Assembly: GCF_030028105.1 (NCBI RefSeq)
Contig: NC_092374.1
Coordinates: 8,918,998 to 8,982,997, forward strand
DNA length: 64,000 nt
Direction of reading: 5' to 3'
DNA from: Mobula birostris
Taxonomy: Eukaryota
A program made the translations under genes and the position numbers. The notes below the pieces were generated by a model. That model ran no database searches, had not been told where the DNA came from, and saw only the letters and a program-made list of their open reading frames with translations. Below are positions 25,010-37,205 of the stretch, in pieces. The first letter of the stretch is position 1; every line of letters begins with the position of its first letter.

Positions 25010-25450
25010 GAATTGCAACATCTGAGAAAGTGTCAGCCTCTGATGAGCTCATTGCATCCTTCCTTTTCTTCCACTGTCCACTTTGCTGCTGCTATCCCCG
25101 TCTTCCTTCCCTTTCTCCCAAGGTCCACTCTCCTCTCCTATCAGATTCCTTCCTCTCCAGCCCTTTACCTTTTCCACCTATCCCCTCCCAGCTTCTCACT
25201 TCATCGAGCCCTCCCCCAACCACCTATCTTCTCCTCTCCTGGTCTCACCTAACCCTTGACAGCCTGTACTTCTTCCCCTCCCTCCACATTCTTGTTCTGA
25301 TTTCTTCCCCCTACTGTTCCAGTCCTGATTAGAGGGTCTCGGCCTGAAACTTTGACTGTTTCTTCCGTTCAGTAGATGTGGCCTGACCCGTTGAATTCCT
25401 CCATCATTTTGTCTGCTGCTTTGGATTTCCAGCATCTGCAAAATTCCTCA
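25010..25450 (+). mobile_element. Penelope-like 3' terminal fragment with a mutated hammerhead motif at 25320-25358
   Basis: Pyrimidine-rich 3' region like 3960-4245, then CAGTC-CTGATTA-GA-GGGTCTCGGCCT-GAAACTTT-GACTG and the shared tail. Confidence 0.7.
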
Positions 25451-26026
25451 TGTTTACGATTAATGAGGGAGGAGTTCTGAAAACAACGCAGCAGTTATCA
25501 TACACGTAATAAGCCGATCTCTGCAATGCCGGGTATCTGACAGTATTTCATGCAACCGTTTTCTCTTTCTCCCCCCTCACCTTGTCTCCCTGTCTCTCCC
25601 TCTCTCCTTCTCCATTCTTGTCCCTGTCTCCAACTCCTGGCACTATCCCTAGTTGTGACTCGGCTTAAGAGAACATTCCCCTCTTGCACAAAGAAGCTGC
25701 TCCTGCAAGATCTCTTCTCTAACACCAGGCTTCCCCAATACGTGGTGGTACTGGTCTCCACCCTCTTCTCTTACAACCTTCCGTTTAGACACATAACTTA
25801 GAAAAGCATTATTATAAAGACCTTCATATCCCTCCCACCTACGTACTTATCCAAATTTCACTTAAATGTTAAAATCGAAAGCACATCCACTGGCCACATA
25901 TTCCACGCACTCACTACCCTCTGACTGCAGAAGTTACCTGTATGTTCCCCTTAAATATTTCATCTTTCACTCCTCTAGTTTTAGTCCCAACCAACCTCAG
26001 TGAAAAACCCTGTCTGCATTTACCTT

Positions 26027-26333
26027 CTCTAAAGGCATCCGTTAGTCTTGCGAGACCATGGATCTGTGCCTGGAAAGCTTTCGCTCTCCAGGGCGCAGGC
26101 CTGGGCAAGGTTGTATGGAAGACCAGCAGTTGCCCATGCTGCAAGTCTCCCCTCTCCACAACACTGATGTTGTCCAAGGGAAGGGCATTAGGACCCATAC
26201 AGCTTGGCACCAGTGTCGTCACAGAGCAATGTGTGATTAAGTGCCTTGCTCAAGGACACAACACGTTGCCTCGGCTGGGGCTCGAACTCACGACCTTCAG
26301 GTCACTAGTCCAATGCCTTAACCACTTGGCCAC
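26027..26333 (-). mobile_element. tRNA-derived SINE inserted in a CR1 fragment
   Basis: Minus-strand head gtggccaagtggttaaggc...gttcgagcc has Pol III A and B boxes. Candidate TSD TACCTT at 26021-26026 and 26334-26339. Confidence 0.8.
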
Positions 26334-26488
26334 TACCTTATCTATAGCTCTCATAATCTTATGTATTTCTATTCAATCTCACCTCATTCTCTTATGCTCT
26401 ATGGAATAAAGTCCTAACCTATAACTCAGATTCTCAAGTCATGGGAAAATTATTTTAATTTCCTTTGTACTCCTTAAATCTTATAGAT

Positions 26489-29447
26489 CAGTGGCGTCTC
26501 TGAGGTATGGCAGGTATGGCACGTGCCCTGGGCACCACTTGAAGTGGGGGGGGGGCGCCACTGAGCAGTTTGTATTAAAGTCAGACAAGCCATCCTCGGA
26601 TAGTGAAAAAAGAGCTTTCTTCAGATGTATGATCTGTCTTTGATTATCATGGGTGAGAAGCACTAGGATGGCCTTATTTCAGAGCATTGTGTAAGAAGAC
26701 TGTGAAACATTTCTTCATGAAGAAGAAGGAAAGCGGAGCTGAAGGATGGAAGAGACGAAAGTTGGAGGCGGAGGAAGCCAAGAAGTCGAGCAAATTCTTC
26801 ATGCCTTTCTTTGAAAAGCCTGGAACAAGTAGTTCAACACATTCCACGGAGTCGCCTGCACCTGCTACAAGTTTGTTAGAATCCGAAGGTGGATCAAGTA
26901 CAAATGGGTCACAAGCTGAGGAGGAAGTCGAGTCAGATAAATCCGAGTATGACGAGATTAAGAGTGAAGCTGCCACAGAGAACATGGACATGACAGGAGG
27001 GGAAGACGATGGTGGTGGTGATGTTGAGTTTATTGACGAGATTTTACCTGATGAGATTGAACCTGGGCAACATTGAACCTAGTGAACTGGATGGTGTCAA
27101 AGAGCCTCGAACTGTCTTACCAGAGGTGACTGAACAGCATGACATTGGACTTCTGAAGTTCCACAAGGATACTGGAAAAGCAATTCTGCCTGACGCATGA
27201 GAACAGAAATAATAAAGCTGGGTTCAAAGTATTTTCAGAACAGTGAGGGGCCTTTCCTACCAACAAGTAACCGTTCAATGAACAAAACTTGGTTCAAGAG
27301 GAAATTGGGAAATGGTCGTGGTGAGGAAGTGATTCGCTCGTGGCTGGTCTATTCCCCTTCTAAGAAGTCTGCATTTTGTGTCTGTTGTCTTCTCTATTCC
27401 CAGTCAGACCATCCATCCTCATTGGAGAAGGAAAGTGGATTCAACCTGTGGAAAGCACCTGAAAGGATTAATGTTCATGAAAATGCTAAGAATCATCGGG
27501 AATGCTTCACACAGTGGAAAGAAATTTAGCTGGAAACAGAGGAGTTATTGATGCGGAATTTCAGTCACAGATTGAGAAGGAAAAGCAGAAGTGGTGTGAT
27601 ACCTTGACAAGAATCCTTGGCTGCATAAAATTCCTTGCGACTCAGAACCTGGCTTTGCGACGACACAAGGAGTTACTTCAGCTAGACGGTGACTCCAATG
27701 TGGGAAATTTCTTTGGCTTACTGAAACTATAGGCCATCTTTGACCCTGTCATAAAGGAACACCTCACTCATTTGGAAAGTCATCCTGGACCCATGTCTTA
27801 TCTTTCACCGGGTGTCCAGAATGAATTCATCCACATGATGGCATCCACCGTTCTCCAGAGTTAACTGAGAAGCATTCGTAAAGCCAAGTACTATGGTCTC
27901 ATGTTCGACTCAACTCCTGATCAGGCACACCGTGGGCAGATGTCAGAAGTAGTGAGGTATGTGGAAGTTGATTTTGAGAGGAAAACTGTCCGTGTTTGAG
28001 TCCTTCCTTGGTTTTATCCAGATAAGCCAGAAGGATGCTGAGAGCCTGGTTGAAGACTTCTTGAAACAGCTAGAGAAGGATGAAATGGAGCTACAAGATT
28101 GTCGGTCACAGAGCTATGACAACGCTGGCAGTGTTTGTGAGTTGCGACAATCACTCACTCAATTTGGTGGGTGTACATGCAGCCAAGCAGGATACAATGA
28201 TGGTCACGTTTTTTGGAACCATCAAAGCTCTATAAGTGTTTTTCTCTCGTTCAACACAGCGCTGGGAAAAACTCAAAAACGCCGTGCCTGTGGGTGTTAA
28301 GTCCGAGTCCGAAACCAGGTGGAGTGCAAGGACAGAAGCAGTGAAGCCCGTCAACAAGTACCTTGAGATACTTCAAGTTCTCCAGGACATGATAGACAAT
28401 GAAAATGAGTCCAGTGAATCAAGAAGTGATGCAAGGCAGCTGTACAACCGCATGTTGAGTTACGATTTTCTGATTTTGCTAGGATTTTGGAACAAAGTGC
28501 TCATTCGCATTGACCATATTCAAAACAGGTTGCAGGATCCTAGCATGAACTTCCACGATGCTGCCCCGGATTTGAAAGCACTCCAAGATAATTTTTATGA
28601 TGAAAGAGAAGTGTTGGTCAGTGAGTCACTCGAAGAAGGAGTCGGTCTCTGTCAAGAATGGAATATTGAAGTTGAAAGATGTCAGAGATGAAAGAAACGA
28701 ATGGCTGATGAGAACTCGAGAGACGCTGGGTTAACAGCTAAGGAGGAAATGGAAAGAGTCATGAAGGGAACACTCGACCATCTTCACAGAGAAATGGACG
28801 AAAGGTTCGCTCATTTGCACAACACTGACACCAAGTTTGGGTTCCTTCTCGATGTTGAGGGACTGTGTTACGGTGCCGACGGTAACGACCTAAAGAAGAA
28901 GTGTGAAAATTTGGGTGAATTGTACAGCTCTGATGTTGATGGACAGCAGCTATATGAAGAAATTTTGGATTGCAGAATGTTGCTATCAAGGCCGGTCAAC
29001 ATGAAAATATCAAGACCTGAAGAGTTTCATGAATTTATTGTTCAGTGTGGAGATGAGAGCATCTTCCCCAATCTTCGCATTGCTATTCAGATAATGCTAA
29101 CCATCACAGTTACCATCGCCAGCTGTGAGAGATCATTCAGCAAGTTAAAACTAATACTTTCATATTTGAGAGCCTCCATGGGTCAAAGCAGACTCTGTGA
29201 TCTTGCTCTGATGAAAAAACTGACTTTGATCACATCATAGACCAATTTGCATCAGTGAAAGCAAGGAAGGTGCAGTTCTAATTTTCACGTAGTGCCATAA
29301 TTTGTTAACTAAATGATTAACGAGCTTGACTTGTATTTTTGAACTGATATTATGGTAAATTTATTTAGAAGATGGGTGTCAGATGTTTGGACAGTGGCGG
29401 AATTTTAGTGCTTGCCATAGGCACTATTTTCCGTCGATACACCCCTG
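26489..29447 (+). mobile_element. hAT DNA transposon, full-span with frameshifted ZMYM1-like transposase
   Basis: Perfect 8-bp TSD TTATAGAT (26481-26488 and 29448-29455). Imperfect TIRs CAGTGGCGTCTC / CAGGGGTGTATC. ORF pieces 26687-29240 carry WLVYS..AFCVCC (TTF), FLATQNLALR (DUF4371-like), ETRWS and CERSFSKLKLI (hATC). Flanks are a continuous CR1 fragment. Confidence 0.92.
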
Positions 29448-29798
29448 TTATAGATATCTTTCCTGTAGGTAGGTGACTAAAACCGCACACAATACTACAA
29501 ATTAGGCCTCAGTGTAATGATGCAGCAAGACTCATGGCAGTGAACATGCATATTGTGAACCAATTCAATGGGGATATAATTACTCAACTACCTTTACCCT
29601 ACATCAGGATAATCCACGTTTCCCCTAAACCATGGTAGATCACAAAGTGAATAGTGGGGCTCTGAGGAGTGTGGTAGAACAAGGGGACCTGGGAATACAG
29701 GTCCATAATTCATTGAAAGTGACAAATTTCATGGGTAGATAGGGTTGTAAAGAAAGCTTTTGGTACATTGGCCATAAATCAATGCATTGAGTACAGGA

Positions 29799-29928
29799 AC
29801 ACGAGGAATTCTGCAGATGCTGGAAATTCAAGCAACACACATCAAAGTTGCTGGTGAACGCAGCAGGCCAGGCAGCATCTCTAGGAAGAGGTACAGTCGA
29901 CGTTTCGGGCCGAGACCCTTCGTCAGGA
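29799..29928 (-). mobile_element. 130-bp non-autonomous Penelope-terminus element with a 14-bp TSD
   Basis: TSD CATTGAGTACAGGA at 29785-29798 and 29929-29942. Contains the hammerhead core plus the shared tail. Confidence 0.9.
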
Positions 29929-29929
29929 C
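29894..29929 (-). ncRNA. Minimal type I hammerhead ribozyme motif (intact catalytic core)
   Basis: Minus strand reads GUC-CUGACGA-A-GGGU(CUCG)GCCC-GAA-ACGU-C-GACUG. It has the CUGANGA and GAAA cores, a 4-bp stem II, a palindromic ACGU stem III and a GUC cleavage triplet (cleavage after 29899). Stem I is only 3 bp in this copy. Confidence 0.7.
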
Positions 29930-30739
29930 ATTGAGTACAGGAGTTGGGATATTATGTTGAAGTTGTACAAGACGTTGTTGAGGCCTAATTTGAAGTATTG
30001 TGTGCAGTTTTGTTTACCTACCTGCAGAAAAGATGTACGTAAGGTTGAAAGAGTACAGAGAAAATTTACAAGGATGTTGCTGGGTCTGGAGGACCTAAGT
30101 GGACCTGAGTTGTAAGTAAAGATTGAATAGGTTAGGATTTTATTTCTTGCAATGTAGAAGATTGAGAGGAGATTTGATAGAGGTACACAGATTTATGAGG
30201 GCTAGGGTAGAAGCAAACAGACCTTTTCTTCTGAGCTTGGGTGGTACTACAGCCTGAGTTCATGGGAAGGTGAAGGGTGAGAAGTTTCAGGGAAACAAGA
30301 GGGGAAATTTCTTCACTCAGGTGATGAGAGTGTGGAATGAGCTGCCAGCACAAGTGGTGCATGCGAGCTCGATTTCAGTGTCTAAGAGAAGGTTAGATAG
30401 GTACATGGATAGTATGGTTATGGAGGGTGATAGTCCCAGTCCAGATCAATGTTTTCAGCATGGACTAAGTGGGCCAAATGGCCTGTTTCTGTGCTGAACT
30501 CTGACACTTATCACTATTTTTAAGTAAATTCAGTTTAAAGAGTAACAATATTTTAGCACATCAAAAATAGATGCAATCCAATTTTTATACCTCTGTATTA
30601 GATTCATAAAATTAACTGGTCAGGATTCAAGACTGCTTTAGGTCACAGATGCTGCCTGGTCTGCTGAGTTCCTCTGGCATTTTGTGTGTGTGTTGCTCAG
30701 ATTTCGAGGATCTGCAGATTTCCTCGTTTCTGTTTTATG

Positions 30740-32235
30740 TCATTTCCTGTACACAAGTGTAAAGGGGAACAAAATAATCATTACTCCAGATCTGATGCAG
30801 CACAAAAACCACAATAAAATAAAGAAGACAATAATAAAAAGCACAATAAATATAAATGCATAGGACAGATTATATACATAGATTGACTATGTCCATAAAG
30901 TTATGCTAGGCACAGGAATGTCTGGACATAAGGTGACTCTGACAGGAGATGATAAAGTAGTGGTGGTGGGGGGTGGGTTAGTGGGTGGTGATGTTGATCA
31001 GCCTTACTGCTTCGGGAAAGTAACTGTTTTTAAGTCTGGTGGTTCTGGAGTGGATGCTACATAACCTCCTCTCTGATGGGAGTGGGACAAACAGTCTATG
31101 AGCAGGGTGGGTGGGATCCTTCATGATATTACTGGCCTTTTCCCTGCACCTTTCTGTATACACGTCCTTGATAGCAGGTAAGATGGTGCCAGTGATGCTT
31201 TACACAGTTTTGATCTGTCATGTACCCTATGACGGGAATAAAGAACCAGCACAGATGGAAAACACTTTGGAGTCTCGTATTGCTAGCAACTAATAATATT
31301 TATTAGTAACTACGCAATACAGTAATATAAATGTAGATAAATCAAACAGGTTAGCAATGATTATATATAAAAGTAAGTGTGGAATATATATGTATAAAAA
31401 AACCAAGCTTCTTTAAGTCTGGGGTAAAAAGATACAGTCTTACGATGTTGAGTAAAGTTCAGTTCAGTTCAGGTCGTGGTATTTAGTTGAGCAGTGATGG
31501 AGAGAGAGAGAGAGTGAGTTGAGTCCTCAGGTGAGCTGATGCCGTCAATCTTCTCATCGTCCTCTGAAATCCTTTACAAGTCACCGACTGTGACTTTAAC
31601 CAGCGGGACCGGTCTTCTGTGGTGGAGCTATCACCCCGGCAAGGGTGGACACATAGACAACTCCCCACCGGTCAACCCCTTCTCCTCAAACTGGAATGGC
31701 AATTTGGAATCGATCCACCTGATCGATCCTCCAAAACCCACTTTCTCTGCGGGCAGAACAATGCTCATTCAGTGTCCAGATCATGTGTCTGAGGTCTGTA
31801 TCATCTGACCCCCTATTTATTTCACCAGGCTGAGCATCACCTGTCACTCAAAGAGTCCCTCCCTCCTTTGTCTGTAAAGCAGTGCACAAGCAGGCAACAA
31901 GTCCTTGAAAGTAACATCAACAATCTGCCTTTGGTCACCATAGCAACCTTTGAGCTGCTCAGTGCTGTCTCCAACTCCAAACTCAGTAGAAATCCGAAGT
32001 TACTTCCAATGCCTTAAAGTGACAGTCCAACAGTTAATCTTCATCTCTCTCTCTCTCTCTTTTCAAAAGCAACATATCGGTGGTAATTAACTCTGTCTCT
32101 CTCTCCTTCCCAGACAAACCAACAATGATGAACGTCTCTCTCCAAACAGTTAATTGGGGCACTCCAGGATCCCCTCACAGATCTAACCATTGTCGAGCCT
32201 CCCTGTCCACTGCAGTGCAATTTCCGTACCATGTA
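30740..32235 (-). mobile_element. Rex1/Babar-like LINE fragment interrupted by a solo LTR
   Basis: ORF 30978-31163 (DPTHPAHRLFVPLPSERRL..RTTRLKNSYFPEAVRL). The sequence resumes after 32183. Confidence 0.7.
31216..32179 (-). mobile_element. Solo LTR (Gypsy-type, 964 bp)
   Basis: Begins TGTCA and ends TCACA. 4-bp TSD GATC at 31212-31215 and 32180-32183. AATAAA on the minus strand near 31300. Host LINE is continuous across it. Confidence 0.85.
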
Positions 32236-32248
32236 GCAATGCAACTTA

Positions 32249-34871
32249 TAGAACATAGAATAGTACAGCACAGTACAGGCCCTTCAGCCCACAATGTTGT
32301 GCCGACCCTCAAACTCTGCCTCCCATATAAGTCCCCACCTTAGATTCCTCCATATACCTGTCTAGTAGTCTCTTAAACTTCACTAGTGTATCTGCCTCCA
32401 CCACTGACTCAGGCAGTGCATTCCATGCACCCACCACTCTCTGAGTGAAAAACTTTCCTCTAATATCCCCCTTGAACTTCCCACCCCTTACCTTAAAGCC
32501 ATATCCTCTTGTATTGAGCAGTGGTGCCCTGGGGAAGAGGCGCTGGCTATCCACTCTGTCTATTCCTCTTATTATCTTGTACACCTCTATCATGTCTCCT
32601 CTCATCTTCCTTCTCTCCAAAGAGTAAAGCCCTAGCTCCCTTAATCTCTGATCATAATGCATACTTTCTAAACCAGGCAGCATCCTGGTAAATCTCCTCT
32701 GTACACTTTCCAATGCTTCCACATCCTTCCTATAGTGAGGTGACCAGAGCTGGACACAGTACTCCAAGTGTGGCCTAACCAGAGTTTTATAGAGCTGCAT
32801 CATTACCTCGCGACTCTTAAACTCTATCCCTCGACTTATGAAAGCTAACACCCCATAAGCTTTCTTAACTACCCTTTTCATTGTGAGGCAACTTTCAGGG
32901 ATCTGTGGACATGTACCCCCAGATCCCTCTGCTCCTCCACACTACCAAGTATCCTGCCATTTACTTTGTACTCTGCCTTGGAGTTTGTCCTTCCAAAGTG
33001 TACCACCTCACACTTCTCCGGGCTGAACTCCATCTGCCACTTCTCAGCCCACTTCTGCATCCTATCAATGTCTCTCTGCAATCTTTGACAATCCTCTACA
33101 CTATCCACAACACCACCAACCTTTGTGTCGTCTGCAAACTTGCCAACCCACCCTTCTACCCCCACATCCAGGTCGTTAATAAAAATCACGAAAAGTAGAG
33201 GTCCCAGAACAGATCCTTGTGGGACACCACTAGTCACAATCCTCCAATCTGAATGTACCCCCTCCACCACCACCCTCTGCCTTCTGCAGGCAAGCCAATT
33301 CTAAATCCACCTGGCTAAACTTCCCTGGATCCCATGCCTTCTAACTTTCTGAATAAGCCTACCGTGTGGAACCTTGTCAAATGCCTTACTAAAATCCATA
33401 TAGATCACATCCACTGCACTACCCTCATCTATATGCCTGGTCACCTCCTCAAAGAACTCTATCAGGCTTGTTAGACACGATCTGCCCTTCACAAAGCCAT
33501 GCTGACTGCCCCTGATCAGACCATGATTCTCTAAATGCCTATAGATCCTATCTCTAAGAATCTTTTCCAACAGCTTTCCCGCCACAGACGTAAGGCTCGC
33601 TGGTCTATAATTACCCAGACTATCCCTACTACCTTTTTTGAACAAGGGAACAACATTCGCCTCCCTCCAGTCCTCTGGTGCCATTCCTGTGGACAACGAG
33701 GACATAAAGATCCTAGCCAGAGGCTCAGCAATCTCTTCTCTCGCCTCGTGGAGCAGCCTGGGGAATATTCCATCAGGCCCCGGGGACTTATCTGTCCTAA
33801 TGTATTTTTAACAACTCCAACACCTCCTCTCCCTTAATATCAACATGCTCCAGAACATCAACCTCACTCATATTGTCCTCACCATCATCAAGTTCCCTCT
33901 CATTGGTGAATACCGAAGAGAAGTATTCATTGAGGACCTCGCTCACTTCCACAGCCTCCAGGCACATCTTCCCACCTTTATCCCTAATCGGTCCTACCTT
34001 CATTCCTGTCATCCTTTTTTTCTTCACATAATTGAAGAATGCCTTGGGGTTTTCCTTTACCCTACTCGCCAAGGCCTTCTCATGCCCCCTTCTTGCTCTT
34101 CTCAGCCCCTTCTTAAGCTCCTTTCTTGCTTCCCTATATTCCTCAATAGACCCATCTGATCCTTGCTTCCTAAACCTCATGTATGCTGCCTTCTTCCACC
34201 TGACTAGATTTTCCATCTCACTTGTCACCCATGGTTCCTTCACCCTACCATTCTTTATCTTCCTCACAGGGACAAATTTATCCCTTACATCCCGCAAGAG
34301 ATCTCTAAACATCAACCACATGTCCATAGTACATTTCCCTGCAAAAACATCATCCCAATTCACACCCGCAAGTTCTAGCCTTATAGCCTCATAATTTTCC
34401 CTTCCCTAATTAAAAGTTTTCCTGTCCTCTCTGATTTTATCCTTTTCCATGATAATTATAAAGGCCAGGGAGCGGTGGTTGTTCCCCAGATGCTCACCCA
34501 CTGAGAGATCTGTGACCTGACCCAGTTCATTACCTACTAGATCTAGTATGGCATTCCCCCTGGTCAGCCTGTCCACATACTGTGACAGGAATCCATCCTG
34601 GACACACTTAACAAACTCTGCCCCATCTAAACCCTTGGAACTAATCAGGTGCCAATCAATATTAGGGAAGTTAAAGTCACCCATGATAACAACCCTGTTA
34701 TTTTTGCACCCTTCCAAAATCTGCCTCCCAATCTGCTCCTCGTTATCTCTGCTGCTACCATGGGGCCTATAGAATACCCCCAATAGAGTAACTGCTCCCT
34801 TCCTGTTCCTGACTTCCACCCATACTGACTCAAAAGAGGATCCTGCTACATTACCCACCCTTTCTGTAGCT
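32249..34871 (-). mobile_element. CR1 LINE, 5'-truncated (ORF2 APE end through RT and 3' tail), few disruptions
   Basis: ORFs 32309-34858 with GDFNFPNIDW, SQHGF, DFSKAFDKVPH, GVPQGSVLGP and KFADDT. Tail tagaacatagaa. Confidence 0.92.
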
Positions 34872-34967
34872 TGTTAGGGTGCCCTCTACTGCCCATCTGT
34901 AGAATGACGCGAGTATGGATATGCACAGTCTAGCTCTCCACAGCCTCCCCAGAAAGCAGAGGCATGT

Positions 34968-35155
34968 AACACACATCAAAGTTGCTGGTGAACGCAGCAG
35001 GCCAGGCAGCATCTCTAGGAAGAGGTACAGTCGATGTTTCAGGTTGAGACCCTTCACCAGCAACTTTGATGTGTGTTGCTTGAATTTCCAGCATCTGCAC
35101 TAGCAACTTGATATGTGTTGCTTGAATTTCCAGCATCTGCAGAATTCCTGTTGTG
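34968..35155. mobile_element. Penelope-terminus insertion with inverted 5' segment and duplicated tail, 13-bp TSD
   Basis: TSD AGCAGAGGCATGT at 34955-34967 and 35156-35168. Perfect 25-bp inverted repeat at 34968-34992 and 35053-35077. Confidence 0.85.
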
Positions 35156-35270
35156 AGCAGAGGCATGTGCCTTGCACGTTAGTACAACGGTTCTACAGGA
35201 ATTGTTAAGTAAACAATGATTTGAATATTTTATGTAGTTAAATATTAACCCTGTGTTCTTCCTTTCGCAG

Positions 35271-35654
35271 GTGCCCCTATCATCCTGCATGTCTCAGTTA
35301 ACGTAATCAACACCACCCATTCTACTCTAGAATGCCTGGCAGAGGGGCAACCCTCCCCAAACATCATTTGGATCGACCCCCACAACAAGAGGCTTCCAGT
35401 GAATGGCAGCGACACTCCCGTCACACCAGGACCGGGAAAGTATCAGACCCTGGGAGAGCTACGTCACCCAAAGCTGGGGGGAAATTACACCTGCCTGGTG
35501 GTAAACGACCAAGGAAACAACACGGAGTCCGTCCACCTGCCCAAAACCGCGCAGAGCCAACACCGGCTCATTTACATCATCGGAATTCTGGTCGGAAGCA
35601 TCTTCGCGATAATTCTGATTGTTATTGTCTTAGTGATCCTGAGGAGGAGGAGCG
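35271..35654 (+). CDS. SIGLEC15-like: Siglec-15-like gene exon 3: Ig C2-set domain plus transmembrane helix
   Basis: Acceptor tgttcttcctttcgcag|, donor G|GTGAGT, phase 1-1, 384 nt. Translates APIILHVSV..LECLAEGQPSPNIIW..GNYTCLVVNDQG, then TM LIYIIGILVGSIFAIILIVIVLVIL and stop-transfer RRRS. Confidence 0.92.
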
Positions 35655-36938
35655 GTGAGTTACTTTTTGTAGGGGGCAAGGGATCTGGGAGCTGACAACC
35701 TCACCAGAGGGTCAGGTCACACTGGATTTATTTCAAAGATACGTTTTAGATGGTGAATATGGTTTGGAAGGAAGAGTTGGTTCAAGTTGAAGTTTATTGT
35801 CATTCAACAATGCACATGTAGACAGCCAAACAAATCAAAGTTCCTCAGGGACCAAGTTACAAAGCACAGTCCATACAGTCACACAGAGCATATAGAATAA
35901 TATTAAGAGATAATTTAATAATTCATAATTGATATAAAGTGCATCTACAAAAGAACGTTAAGTATACAACTTTGATAAATAAGGTGTGCTGGGTGGTAAC
36001 AGGACATTCAGGAGTCTCACAACCTGTTACCCAGCTTAACGGTGCTTGTTGTTACACTACGATACCCTCTGCCTGATGGTAGATCAAAGAGATTGTTAAA
36101 CAGAAGGGAGGGCTCCCTGACGATGCTGAGGGTTCTGTGAATGCACACTTCTGGATGGGGAGGGCAGGGAAGAGAGGCTCCGGGTTACAGGAGTGATTGG
36201 AGTCAAGGGGAAGGAGTGAAGAGGAAGAAATATAAGGGAGGGCCTGGGGTGGCCGGTGAAGAAGGGTGGGGGGGGGGGGAAGTGTGGAGGAACGATGGAC
36301 GAAGTGAAGACCAGGAGGAAGGGACCTAGGTGTGGGAAATGGGAGGGATTCCTAGGTGGAATCTGATAAATTGGAAAGGACTTGGGAATGGCTGGGAATA
36401 GGCAAGTGGGGTTGGGGAATTTGTGTTGGATGAATGGGAGTGTGGTGATAGTGCATGAATTGACCATGAGACTATTAAGATATAGGAGCAGAATTAGATC
36501 ATTTGGCCCATCGAGTCTGCTTTGTCATTTCAGCATGGCTGATCCAATTCCCTCTCGGTCCCAATCTCCTACCTTCTCCCCATATCCCTACATGCCCTGA
36601 CTAATCAAGAATCTATCAACCTCTGTCTTAAATGTACCCGTTGACTTGGCCTCCACAGCCGTCTGTGACAATGAACTCCACAGATTCACTAGCCTCTGAC
36701 CAAAGAAATTGGAGGGAGGAAATCGAGTCGCATGGTCATTGGGAAATAGGAGACCCAGAGAGGAAAGAGGAGGAGAGAGGATGGAGAGTGGTGGGTAGAG
36801 TAGAGGAGCAAGGGGAAAGCACACCAGAAACATAAGAGCCAGTGCCGGCAACTTGGCCCCAATATTTAATCTGACTGTAGCTGAGCTAAGCTGTCCTTTT
36901 CTGTGCCATTTCTCCATACTCCTCTAGTTCTCTATCAG

Positions 36939-37205
36939 CATGGTAACATGGTGGCTAGTGCAGTGTTTTACAGTACTAGCAACCCAGTTCAATTCCCACC
37001 ATCGCCTGCACGTTCTCCCCATGACCGTGTGGGTTTCCTCCGGGTGTTCCAATTTCCTCCCACAGTCCAAAGACCGACCAGGTGGTGGGTTAATTGGTCA
37101 TTGTAAAGTGTCCCGTGATTGGCCAGGGTTAAGTCGGCACTGCTGAGCGGCTTGGCTCAAAGGGCCCAGAGGACCTGTTCCATGCTCCAGCTCAATAAAT
37201 AAAAA
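36939..37205 (+). mobile_element. V-SINE-type SINE (further copies at about 17840-18010, 38160-38340, 38325-38760 minus, 41120-41375, 41960-42150 minus, 44900-45040 minus)
   Basis: gttcaattccc B-box-like head, central gggtttcctccgggtg..ccaatttcctcccacagtccaaaga, A-rich end. Confidence 0.75.

Larger units (their letters stand above)
29640..30500 (+). mobile_element. CR1 LINE 3' fragment (host of the 130-bp insertion)
   Basis: CR1 RT C-terminal motifs (gaagtattgtgtgcagttt, RVWNELP) and the 3' UTR. Confidence 0.8.

Noticed and set aside
26270-26333. tRNA gene
   Set aside because: A and B boxes are present, but it is the head of a SINE with body and TSD and lacks a complete acceptor stem.
22777-29240. 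Host ZMYM1 gene or domesticated transposase
   Set aside because: Both ZMYM1-like sequences are bounded by TIRs and 8-bp TSDs and are frameshifted or deleted, so they are transposons.
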